Shown piece after piece: positions 42,996 through 51,391 of a stretch of DNA of 64,000 nt (the stretch's first letter is position 1; the number at the start of each line of letters is the position of its first letter). This DNA is from an uncultured SAR86 cluster bacterium (GTDB lineage: Bacteria > Pseudomonadota > Gammaproteobacteria > Magnimaribacterales > D2472). Both the position numbers and the translations under genes were made by a program. Location of the stretch: the NCBI GenBank assembly GCA_964275345.1, contig CAXYBK010000003.1, positions 25,058 to 89,057 of the forward strand, given 5' to 3'. The notes below the pieces were generated by a model. It searched no databases. It saw only the letters and a program-made list of their open reading frames with translations, and had not been told where the DNA came from.

Positions 42996-43071
42996 TGGTG
43001 GAGCTACGCGGGATCGAACCGCGGACCCCCTGCTTGCAAAGCAGGTGCTCTCCCAGCTGAGCTATAGCCCC
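42996..43071 (-). tRNA. tRNA-Ala (anticodon UGC), CCA encoded
   Basis: The reverse complement reads GGGGCTATAGCTCAGCTGGGAGAGCACCTGCTTTGCAAGCAGGGGGTCCGCGGTTCGATCCCGCGTAGCTCCACCA. This is near-identical in layout to E. coli tRNA-Ala(UGC), including the G3:U70 pair. Confidence 0.95.
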
Positions 43072-43168
43072 ACGAATGAGTCGACAATTGTACTTTATTA
43101 AAGATTAATTGTAACCCTGTGTAATCGACAAAATAATCAACTGATAAGAGATCTATTTCTTGTATGCA

Positions 43169-43205
43169 TAAAAAAAGAGAGCTGCTTAGTTAAAAACAGC
43201 TCTCT
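43169..43205 (-). terminator. rho-independent terminator of the TonB-dependent receptor gene
   Basis: A 9-bp stem AGAGAGCTG/CAGCTCTCT (43176-43184 with 43197-43205) is followed on the minus strand by a T-run. Confidence 0.7.
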
Positions 43206-43218
43206 TTTAAATTATTTA

Positions 43219-45387
43219 CTAGAAGTTGTAAGTAAAGCCTACTTTGAAAGATCTAGGTTTCTGAGATCTAGCACCATTTTTGGGCGCTCTTGAAACTATA
43301 TCTTCTCCATCAGATAAGTTTTCAATCACAGTGTAAACAGAAACATTATCATTAACTTTTTGTCTAAGACTTAAGTCAACAAAAGTATATGATTCTATGT
43401 TCTCAAACGCACCACATTGTGCACTAGAACAAGTGCTTCCATACTTAACTAGTCTTACATCTCCACTCATTCCAGCATCTGTTACAAAACCAGCAACTAA
43501 AGCTAATTGTGAATCAGGAAGGTAAGGAACGTCGTCGCCTGCGGCAACTGTTCCAAAGTAATCTGAATCAAAACTTGATTGGAATTCAGACGAAGTTGTT
43601 GCCCATGTGAAGGCTAAAGGATATGAAATATTATCACCTTCAACAACTGTAGAAGCTACAACCTCAAGACCTGATACATCGACCTCTCCGCCACTAAAAG
43701 TTTCACCAGCTTCACAGTCTCCGCCACTAGAATTTTTACATTCTCCGACTAGATTTGCATAATCACTAGCAAAATACATTACTTCTAAAGCTGTAACATC
43801 TTTGTTATATCTAAAGCCCAGCTCCATATTGTCAGCTTGCTCTGCATCTCCACCAAATACTGGTGACATACCTTGATGGAAACCTGCAACTAATTTTAGG
43901 TTTTCATTCATGTCATATGTAGCACCAAGTCCAGTAGTTGAATAGTCGCCAGAAGAATTTTTAGGATAGCTTGAATTTGGCATTGTTCTTGTTGGAACTC
44001 CATCGTCCCATCTCATTTCAACTTTATCAAATTCTTCAGATCTATGTCCAACAGTGACTGCTAATGCACCCATAGTGATGGTATCTTGAACAAACCATGA
44101 AGTTGCTGTTGTTGTTCTCAGTCTATTATTACTTCCTGTAAAACCAGTTGAACAAGAAACTAAAGCGGAAAGACTTCCATCTGCTGCTTGATCAGTACAC
44201 TCATAGCTTTGAAGTCTACTTTCAGAATCTTCCATATCTCTATAACCAAAAGTTACAGCATGATTACCAATTTCTTTTGAAAGATTAAGTTGTATACCTT
44301 CGTTTGTATAAAATCTATTGTTATGCTTTAACTTAACAGTCACAGCTAATTCGCCATCAAGAATAGCTTGTGCATTTGCATCCCCACCATTTGCAGCTGC
44401 AATAACTTCATCAATACCATCTTCTACACCATGCGCTTTAGTATTGTTAGCTTTATCAACTTTGAACCAGTCTCTGTGGTAGTCATTGCTCCACATAGTG
44501 GCTGTTAGAGTAAATGCTTCAAAATCACCAACATAAGCAAAAGAAGTTTGCTCGCCGTCGTTATTCATAACATCATAAGCACTCATTCCGTATCTTTTTC
44601 TTGGGTTGTCATCAAAACTTGCTTGGGTTAAACCAACGTAGGTTTGATTAGACATTTCATCTATATCAAGCATTTTAAAAGTAAGTTGATGAACGCCTGA
44701 GGTATATCTTAATTTCGCAAGAAAGTCAGATTTATCAAAACCAGTATCACCACCAACATTCATAATAGAATCAAATCCATCAACTGAATTCTCATGAATT
44801 TCTACTAAGCCTGAAAGGGCTCCATTATTAACTCCATAAGTAGCATGAGTTCTTGATAGTCCGTCGCTTCCTAGCTCTTGAGTAACAAAACCACCATTAA
44901 CTTCAGGAATAGGAGTACTAATCATGTTAATGGCTCCACCAATTGTAGATGGTCCTTGAGTAATTGCTGCTGGTCCTTTTAGAACCTCAACAGCGTGAAT
45001 TCTTCCAGTAGTTGGGAAGTAATATGCTGATGCAGATGTATATGGAGCTGGAGCAATAAGCACTCCGTCTTCCATTAGGGTAACTTTACCAGATCTATCA
45101 GGAGCAGTACCTCTAATGGATATATTTGGTCTAAGACCGTATCCATCTTCAGTTCTTACGTATACTCCAGGTACAGCTGATAAGATTTTATGTATATCAG
45201 TGTCAACCATTTTAGCTAGATCTTCATTAGATAGAACTGTTGCAGAACCTGCGACATCTTCCTGAGACCCTACTATAGTAACGGTTTCAACTGTATTCAT
45301 TTCCATTTCAGCATAAGCGCTTAAGCTAAATAATGCTAAGAAAGCAAATGAATTTAAGACTTTAATATTAATACTCATAAATAACAC
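43219..45387 (-). CDS. TonB-dependent outer-membrane receptor, probably iron-regulated
   Basis: 722 aa with a signal peptide, plug domain motifs, a beta-barrel and a terminal aromatic residue (..FTYNF). A Fur-box promoter lies upstream. Confidence 0.85.
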   Translation of the reverse strand: MLFMSINIKVLNSFAFLALFSLSAYAEMEMNTVETVTIVGSQEDVAGSATVLSNEDLAKMVDTDIHKILSAVPGVYVRTEDGYGLRPNISIRGTAPDRSGKVTLMEDGVLIAPAPYTSASAYYFPTTGRIHAVEVLKGPAAITQGPSTIGGAINMISTPIPEVNGGFVTQELGSDGLSRTHATYGVNNGALSGLVEIHENSVDGFDSIMNVGGDTGFDKSDFLAKLRYTSGVHQLTFKMLDIDEMSNQTYVGLTQASFDDNPRKRYGMSAYDVMNNDGEQTSFAYVGDFEAFTLTATMWSNDYHRDWFKVDKANNTKAHGVEDGIDEVIAAANGGDANAQAILDGELAVTVKLKHNNRFYTNEGIQLNLSKEIGNHAVTFGYRDMEDSESRLQSYECTDQAADGSLSALVSCSTGFTGSNNRLRTTTATSWFVQDTITMGALAVTVGHRSEEFDKVEMRWDDGVPTRTMPNSSYPKNSSGDYSTTGLGATYDMNENLKLVAGFHQGMSPVFGGDAEQADNMELGFRYNKDVTALEVMYFASDYANLVGECKNSSGGDCEAGETFSGGEVDVSGLEVVASTVVEGDNISYPLAFTWATTSSEFQSSFDSDYFGTVAAGDDVPYLPDSQLALVAGFVTDAGMSGDVRLVKYGSTCSSAQCGAFENIESYTFVDLSLRQKVNDNVSVYTVIENLSDGEDIVSRAPKNGARSQKPRSFKVGFTYNF

Positions 45388-45413
45388 TCCATGTATGTTC
45401 GGTTAGATTTGTG

Positions 45414-45443
45414 AATGATAATGATTATCATTTAGATTTACAA
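45414..45443 (-). promoter_or_regulatory. promoter TTGTAA-N17-TATCAT overlapped by a palindromic Fur box
   Basis: aatgataatgattatcatt (45414-45432) is AATGATAAT-G-ATTATCATT. The -10 is at 45420-45415 and the -35 at 45443-45438 (minus strand). Confidence 0.75.
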
Positions 45444-45511
45444 GTATTTATATGTATTTATTTACAGGATATAAATATATCGAATATATAAAGAATATAT
45501 GTCTAGAGTGT

Positions 45512-45940
45512 TTAAGCTTTGGAGTTGCCTCTGATCGCAAAGTATAAACCTAAGGTAAATAAGAATATTTGCTCAGATTTAAAGAGTCTAGGAGTTATGA
45601 ACCATTCTGGATGCCCTAAATAAAAAGCACCAATCATAATTACAACAACTGCCCCGCCGGAAAGCCTTGTAATTAAATTACCTAGATTATTCGCAAAGAA
45701 ACCACCTACAATAATTCCTATACCAGCTGACATCTCACCAATTGATACAGCAGAAGCTACAACATCAGGTGCAGGCATTCCTCCACTTTCAAACCACTTA
45801 ACAAGATTTTGTGGAGGTAAAGGTAATTTGCCATAACCATGAAGAAAGAAACTAATTCCTAGAGAAAGTCTCAATAACCAAGGCGTTATTCCAAGAAAAG
45901 GTTTTGCTATTGCGTCTAAAGATTTATTTAAGCTATTCAT
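45512..45940 (-). CDS. DoxX family membrane protein
   Basis: 142 aa with four TM segments and LRLSLGISFFLHGYGKL, typical of DoxX. Confidence 0.6.
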   Translation of the reverse strand: MNSLNKSLDAIAKPFLGITPWLLRLSLGISFFLHGYGKLPLPPQNLVKWFESGGMPAPDVVASAVSIGEMSAGIGIIVGGFFANNLGNLITRLSGGAVVVIMIGAFYLGHPEWFITPRLFKSEQIFLFTLGLYFAIRGNSKA

Positions 45941-45981
45941 ATGTTTAGTTTATTTAAAAATACCAAATGAGGCAATTTCTT

Positions 45982-47286
45982 TTATTGAATAAAAGGATCG
46001 CTATCATCTATTAAAGTAAAGCCTTCAATATCAGTAAATCTAGTTAATTCATCATTTCCTATATTAATAAGGGCATACATTGATCCTGTTTCAGTTATTC
46101 GTTCTTCTAAAATACAACCCATGCTATAAAGTTTAGATCTAATATTGCCTAAACTTGCATCCAAAGAGATCCATCCTCTATAGATGCCCTCAAATAATGT
46201 ATTACTTATAGATTCTCTTAATTCCTCTAATCCTTTGTTCTTTTCAGCAGAAATCCATATTTGTCTTCCCTCAATATCAGATCTAGATTCAAAATCTTTG
46301 TAACCCTTTAGATCGCTTTTATTATTTATTCTAATTTGTGGAATTTTAGCAATGCCTAGCTCTTCTAATAAAATATCTACTTGAGAAACCTTAAATCTAT
46401 AATCAGGATCTGAAATATCAACTACATGAAGTAATAAGTCTGCAGATTTAAGCTCGTCTAAGGTTCCTTTAAAAGACTCAATAAGTTGGGTTGGAAGATC
46501 TGAAATGAATCCTACTGTATCTGAAAATAATATAGAGCTGAGCTCTGGATCAATATTTTTTCTTGTTACAGAATCCAGTGTTGCAAATAGCTTATCTGCA
46601 GCATATTGCTCATTATCTGTAAGTCTGTTAAATAATGTTGTTTTACCTGCATTGGTGTAGCCAACCAAAGCAACCAGCTTATTGCGACTCTTCATTCTTG
46701 AGTACTGATTAATCTTCTTTTGTTTATGACTTTTATCTAATCTAGCTTTAATAGTTTTGATTCTATTATTTATTAATCTTTTATCAGTTTCTAGCTGAGT
46801 TTCTCCTGGCCCGCGAAGTCCAATGCCGCCCTTTTGTCTTTCTAAATGAGTCCAAGCCCTAATCAATCTAGTTGATAGATGAGTTAGCTGAGCTAATTCA
46901 ACTTGTAGTTTACCTATATGAGTTGATGCTCTTGATGCAAAAATATCTAAAATAAGTCCAGTCCTATCAACTACTCTGACATTAAATGCATTCTCAAGAT
47001 TTCTTTCTTGTGAAGGAGAAAGTGTATGGTTAAAAATTACTATTTCGGCGCAAGTTTCCTCAACAGATCTTTTAATTTCTTCTATTTTGCCTTTTTTTAA
47101 GAAATGACTAGCTAATGGCGCATCTTGCTTTCCTGAGATTTCATCTAATATCTCAACACCGGAGGATCTCGATAAGTCTTTGAATTCGGCGAATGCATTA
47201 ATGGCTGACTGATCCTTCTGTAAAGAAGTGACTTCCATTTGCACGATAATTGCTTTTTGTGGAGTGGATACTGGAACTTCAATCAT
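45982..47286 (-). CDS. hflX: ribosome-associated GTPase HflX
   Basis: 434 aa with the HflX N-domain (RTGLILDIFA, GGIGLRGPGETQLETD) and G-domain GYTNAGKTTLFN, DTVGF and NKSD. Confidence 0.9.
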   Translation of the reverse strand: MIEVPVSTPQKAIIVQMEVTSLQKDQSAINAFAEFKDLSRSSGVEILDEISGKQDAPLASHFLKKGKIEEIKRSVEETCAEIVIFNHTLSPSQERNLENAFNVRVVDRTGLILDIFASRASTHIGKLQVELAQLTHLSTRLIRAWTHLERQKGGIGLRGPGETQLETDKRLINNRIKTIKARLDKSHKQKKINQYSRMKSRNKLVALVGYTNAGKTTLFNRLTDNEQYAADKLFATLDSVTRKNIDPELSSILFSDTVGFISDLPTQLIESFKGTLDELKSADLLLHVVDISDPDYRFKVSQVDILLEELGIAKIPQIRINNKSDLKGYKDFESRSDIEGRQIWISAEKNKGLEELRESISNTLFEGIYRGWISLDASLGNIRSKLYSMGCILEERITETGSMYALINIGNDELTRFTDIEGFTLIDDSDPFIQ

Positions 47287-47354
47287 ATATTGATTCCATT
47301 GTAGAACCTTTATTGAATTTTTTGCTATTATATTTAGGTAGGCATTAATTATTA

Positions 47355-47504
47355 ATGCTTAGGGAGTTATTAATTAATAAAGCAGAACGTTTAGCAAACT
47401 CAGAACAAGCTAGCAAAAAGCGAAGATCAATTAAAAAAATTGTTTCAGAACAGAAACAGAATCTATATAGAAAAGTAAGAAAAGCAAAAAAGAAAAGAAT
47501 CTAA
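47355..47504 (+). CDS. possible 49-aa highly basic small protein (weak call)
   Basis: My own translation gives MLRELLINKAERLANSEQASKKRRSIKKIVSEQKQNLYRKVRKAKKKRI. It lies in an otherwise unexplained 253-bp spacer and has only a distant AGG-rich stretch upstream. Confidence 0.2.
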   Translation: MLRELLINKAERLANSEQASKKRRSIKKIVSEQKQNLYRKVRKAKKKRI

Positions 47505-47539
47505 TCTTAAGGTTTTTTGTTACTTACTTTTAGCTGGCT

Positions 47540-48289
47540 TTAAATGATCCAAGGCAAGATTGCCTTTCTGGATTCAGGATACTCTTTAAACTCTTTTTTA
47601 TACCATTTGTGATTAGCAATAGCCCTTGGAAACAGGTTGGCAAAAGTCCATAAGAAAAATATAAATCCTGATAGGCTGAAGGTAAGAATGGCCCAACCCA
47701 TCCACTCTAATAACTCACCAAAATAATTAGGCGATGAAAGTCGCTTAAATAAAAAGCTATTTGCAATATGGTAACCAGGGCCTTTTTCTTTTCTTAGATT
47801 AATCAAAATATAATCTGAGCGTATATTTATATAAAGCCCAGAAATAAAAATACATATTCCAATAATAAATGCTGGGGAACTTAACCAATCCAAAGAATAG
47901 CTAGCAAAGTAAAAAATCCAATAACCTTGAATTGAAACATTAATAATATTAAAAAAGAAAGCTGATAAAGCAATGGTGAGAGGCATCTCTTTACCTGACA
48001 TATTTACTCTATAAGGCCAAATAAAGGTTCTATGCACGTAATGAGTGAGCCAAAGAGCTAAAAAGATACCTTGAACTAGATTTAATGATTCCCAGGTGCC
48101 TGCAGCCAATATAAGCATTAAAACTACACATGGTGATTCCATAAAGACCCACCCAAATCTTGCTGATACATTGGGTCCCCAGCCTTCTTTAAGATGTCTG
48201 CCATATGGAGCTACTACATAAAAAAGAGAAAAGAATATAACTACAGCGATGGCAATCCAGGTTATTGAAAAAATATTAAATGAACTCAT
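47540..48289 (-). CDS. 3-oxo-5-alpha-steroid 4-dehydrogenase (steroid 5-alpha-reductase)/DUF1295-type membrane reductase
   Basis: 249 aa, polytopic, with the C-terminal motif SPNYFGELLEW.GWA... typical of this family. Confidence 0.65.
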   Translation of the reverse strand: MSSFNIFSITWIAIAVVIFFSLFYVVAPYGRHLKEGWGPNVSARFGWVFMESPCVVLMLILAAGTWESLNLVQGIFLALWLTHYVHRTFIWPYRVNMSGKEMPLTIALSAFFFNIINVSIQGYWIFYFASYSLDWLSSPAFIIGICIFISGLYINIRSDYILINLRKEKGPGYHIANSFLFKRLSSPNYFGELLEWMGWAILTFSLSGFIFFLWTFANLFPRAIANHKWYKKEFKEYPESRKAILPWII

Positions 48290-48294
48290 TAAGT

Positions 48295-48684
48295 CTATAT
48301 TCCTCCAGTAAGAGAAGATGAGTAAATAACAATAAACCCAATTATAGCTAAGGTTGGTATTGATATAAGATCAAGAATGTTATCTTGTGATGTCATAGCT
48401 TTAATTTCTTCAAGCGAAGAGTAAAACTCTTTTGGATTAAATAATAAAGTGTAGGCTCCATATGCATGGCCCAGCATTACAATTCCTATAATCCAATTAA
48501 GTGGCGAGCTATTTAATAATACAAAACCATTAATAAAAACGAAGAAAAGCTCAGATTGAAGATATGTATTTTTATTCTTAGGTAACGCAATCCAATTTGA
48601 AAAACTGTAATTAAAAGTTAAGAGGAGGAGTTGCAGAATAGCTAGAGAGAAATAGATATAGCCTAAAATTATAGTCACGTGCAA
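48295..48684 (-). CDS. hypothetical 4-TM membrane protein
   Basis: 129 aa with a TTG or GTG start and no recognisable motif. It lies 5 nt upstream of the reductase-like gene. Confidence 0.4.
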   Translation of the reverse strand: MHVTIILGYIYFSLAILQLLLLTFNYSFSNWIALPKNKNTYLQSELFFVFINGFVLLNSSPLNWIIGIVMLGHAYGAYTLLFNPKEFYSSLEEIKAMTSQDNILDLISIPTLAIIGFIVIYSSSLTGGI

Positions 48685-48744
48685 AATTTTACATCTTTGT
48701 CGGTATATTATCTAATGGTTAGGTAAATAGATTGGAGACAATAT

Positions 48745-49905
48745 ATGAAAGTTTTATGTTTAGGTGGTAGCGGCGGTATGGGAAGATTTGCTACTAAAGC
48801 TATTGTTGATTTTAAAGAATTAGAAGCTATTACAGTTGCAGATCTAAATAAAGATGCTGCAGAAGAATTTGCAAACTCTTTTGATGCAAAGGTTCAAGGA
48901 ATTGGTCTTGATGTAACAGATAATAAAAAATTAGCAGAGGCTCTTAAAGAGCATGATGTGGTTCTTAACACTACAGGTCCATTTTTTATGTTTGGAGTCC
49001 CTATTTTAAAAGCTGCTATTGAAAATAATTGCCATTACCTAGACATATGTGATGACTGGGAACCAACCGAAGAAATGCTTCAACTTGATTCACAAGCAAA
49101 AGATGCAGAAATTACTGCAATTATTGGCTTAGGTGCAAGCCCTGGAATTACTAATTTGATGGGTTTAGTTGCTATGGAAGAATTAGATTCAGTAGATACT
49201 GTTATAACGGGATGGGATTTAAGTAGCGTAAATCCTGCAGAAGAATCATCTCAAATAGGTACTAATGCTGCGATGTTACATGGCATTCAACAAATGACTG
49301 GTGCGGTAAAAATTTTTGAGGATGGACAGCTTAGTATGGTTCAATCGCTTAAGAAGCTTAAAATTAAATACCCAGGTAAAGGTATTTATCCAGCAAATAT
49401 TTTTGGTCATCCAGAGGCAATATCATTTCCTCATCATTTTCCAGAAATAAAAAACGCAATGAATGTTGCTCATGGGAGTAAAGCTTTAGATATTTACATT
49501 ATAAAATTTTTTTTATGGCTTACAGAAAAAAATATTATTTCACATGATAAAGCTGCAAATTTTTTTCATTGGTTAGAAACTAAATCAAGTAGACCTAGTT
49601 TTAGAGATGAGAGAACAGGCTTGCCAGCGATTTATGGTCTTGCTTATGGAATGAAAAATGGGAACATTGCTTCAGTTGGAGTAACTTTTGGTAAAAATGA
49701 CTTAGCAAAAGAAACTAGCATGGGAGAAGCAACAGGCCATCCTTTAGCACTAGGATTAAAACTTTTTCTTCAAGGAAAAATTTATAAATCTGGGGTCTTT
49801 GCTCCTGAAGGCGGAGCAATAAATGCTGAAGACTTTTTTAGTGCATATAAAGAACTAGGAGAGCTAAATGAGGGTTTAGATATATCTAGATCCTGGGAGG
49901 CATAG
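48745..49905 (+). CDS. saccharopine dehydrogenase-like NAD(P)-binding oxidoreductase
   Basis: 386 aa with N-terminal Rossmann motif VLCLGGSGGMG and typical length and architecture. Confidence 0.65.
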   Translation: MKVLCLGGSGGMGRFATKAIVDFKELEAITVADLNKDAAEEFANSFDAKVQGIGLDVTDNKKLAEALKEHDVVLNTTGPFFMFGVPILKAAIENNCHYLDICDDWEPTEEMLQLDSQAKDAEITAIIGLGASPGITNLMGLVAMEELDSVDTVITGWDLSSVNPAEESSQIGTNAAMLHGIQQMTGAVKIFEDGQLSMVQSLKKLKIKYPGKGIYPANIFGHPEAISFPHHFPEIKNAMNVAHGSKALDIYIIKFFLWLTEKNIISHDKAANFFHWLETKSSRPSFRDERTGLPAIYGLAYGMKNGNIASVGVTFGKNDLAKETSMGEATGHPLALGLKLFLQGKIYKSGVFAPEGGAINAEDFFSAYKELGELNEGLDISRSWEA

Positions 49906-49907
49906 TT

Positions 49908-50417
49908 TTGGATAAAAAGAAAATAAATATCTCACTAATAGGTATGCCTGGAGCAGGTAAAACAACCATAGCTAAATTACTTGCTGCCCAGCTAAGCCTT
50001 GAATTTATTGACAGCGATCATTTAATAGAAAAAATAAATAATCAATCTATCCAAGATATCTTAGATTCTGAGGGACACGCAGAACTTCGATTAAAAGAAG
50101 AAGAAGTTATCTTGAGCTGTTCTCTTAATAATACAATTTTAGCAACTGGAGGTAGTGCGGTTTATAGCGACAAAGCTATGAGTTATTTAAATAATCATTC
50201 TATGGTTATTTATCTAGATATACCTATAAGTTCAGTCATGCAAAGAGTTGGCGATTACTCAAATAGAGGTTTTGCAGAACCCAGTGGAAAGTCTCCAGAG
50301 GATGTTTTTAATCAGAGGACGGTCCTATATAAAAAATGGTGTCATCTAACAATAGATGGAACCTTTGATGTAGATACTGTTGCTGAAAATATTATTAAAG
50401 CTGTTTTAGATAATTAA
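49908..50417 (+). CDS. second shikimate kinase-like P-loop kinase
   Basis: 169 aa with a TTG start. ISLIGMPGAGKTTIAK, FIDSDHLIE and ATGGS follow the same layout as aroK at 14129. Confidence 0.6.
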   Translation: MDKKKINISLIGMPGAGKTTIAKLLAAQLSLEFIDSDHLIEKINNQSIQDILDSEGHAELRLKEEEVILSCSLNNTILATGGSAVYSDKAMSYLNNHSMVIYLDIPISSVMQRVGDYSNRGFAEPSGKSPEDVFNQRTVLYKKWCHLTIDGTFDVDTVAENIIKAVLDN

Positions 50418-51328
50418 ATAATAGCCTGTATCAGCAAATATGATGATGGGATCACAATAATCCACAAAATTAATACTAATTGAAGCGGTTTTACTGAAAT
50501 ATTACTGAGAACCTTTTTATCAATTTGTGATCCTATACAAAATAAACCAAGCAATAAGAAGGATTGGCTAATGAGTTTTATAAAATTCAAAGTTTCAGAG
50601 TTAAGGTCAATAAATGAACCAATTGCGATTGCTATAATAAAAAATAGAACAAAAAAAGGCAGTTGAAACTTGGTTGATGACTTATCTTGATATTTATAAG
50701 ATAAAAGTAAAATAAGTGGAATAAGCCATAATGTTCTTCCTAGTTTTAAAGTGGCTGCGGTCTCAACTGCTTCTTCGCCATAAACCATGGCAGCTCCAAT
50801 CACAGAGCTTGTGTCATGAATAGCCATAGCTGCCCATGCTCCAAACTGATCTTGAGAGAGACCTAAATATAGGCCAATAATAGGAAAAATAATTATAGCT
50901 AAGGCATTTAATAAAAATATTAGTGTAATAGCTGTTAATAAATCTTTTGGTCTAGCTTTTATAATTGGAGCAATTGCTACCATAGCAGTTCCTCCACAAA
51001 TAGCAGCTCCTGAAGCAATAAGTAGAGTCAATTTCTTATCAAGACCTATAAGCTTACCGATATAAATTCCAAGAAAAAAAGTAATTATTACTAGTAAGGA
51101 TATAGAGGGCAAGTAAGAACTAGTTACTGAAAAAGCTTTGGTTAGAGATATTGATAATCCTAAGATAACTATGCCTGTTTGCAATAATCTTGGTCCTGCT
51201 GACTTGGTAATAAAATTATCCGGAAGATTTAATATTAAAGAGTAAATAATTCCAGTAAAAATTGATGCAACTGCGGAGCCTAACCAAATAGCAAAGACTG
51301 CCAATAGTATGCCTATAGATAATTTCAT
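50414..51328 (-). CDS. yeiH: YeiH/UPF0324 family membrane protein
   Basis: 304 aa with ~10 TM segments. Glycine-rich helices and overall layout resemble YeiH-family proteins. Confidence 0.55.
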   Translation of the reverse strand: MKLSIGILLAVFAIWLGSAVASIFTGIIYSLILNLPDNFITKSAGPRLLQTGIVILGLSISLTKAFSVTSSYLPSISLLVIITFFLGIYIGKLIGLDKKLTLLIASGAAICGGTAMVAIAPIIKARPKDLLTAITLIFLLNALAIIIFPIIGLYLGLSQDQFGAWAAMAIHDTSSVIGAAMVYGEEAVETAATLKLGRTLWLIPLILLLSYKYQDKSSTKFQLPFFVLFFIIAIAIGSFIDLNSETLNFIKLISQSFLLLGLFCIGSQIDKKVLSNISVKPLQLVLILWIIVIPSSYLLIQAII

Positions 51329-51344
51329 TTTTTAATTCTACCCT

Positions 51345-51375
51345 AAAAAAAAGCCCCGCAAGAGCGAGGCTTTTT
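51345..51375 (-). terminator. rho-independent terminator downstream of the 972-aa TonB-dependent receptor
   Basis: The GC-rich hairpin AGCCCCGC-aaga-GCGAGGCT is flanked by an A-run and a T-run. Confidence 0.65.
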
Positions 51376-51391
51376 AAATATTTACTTAATA

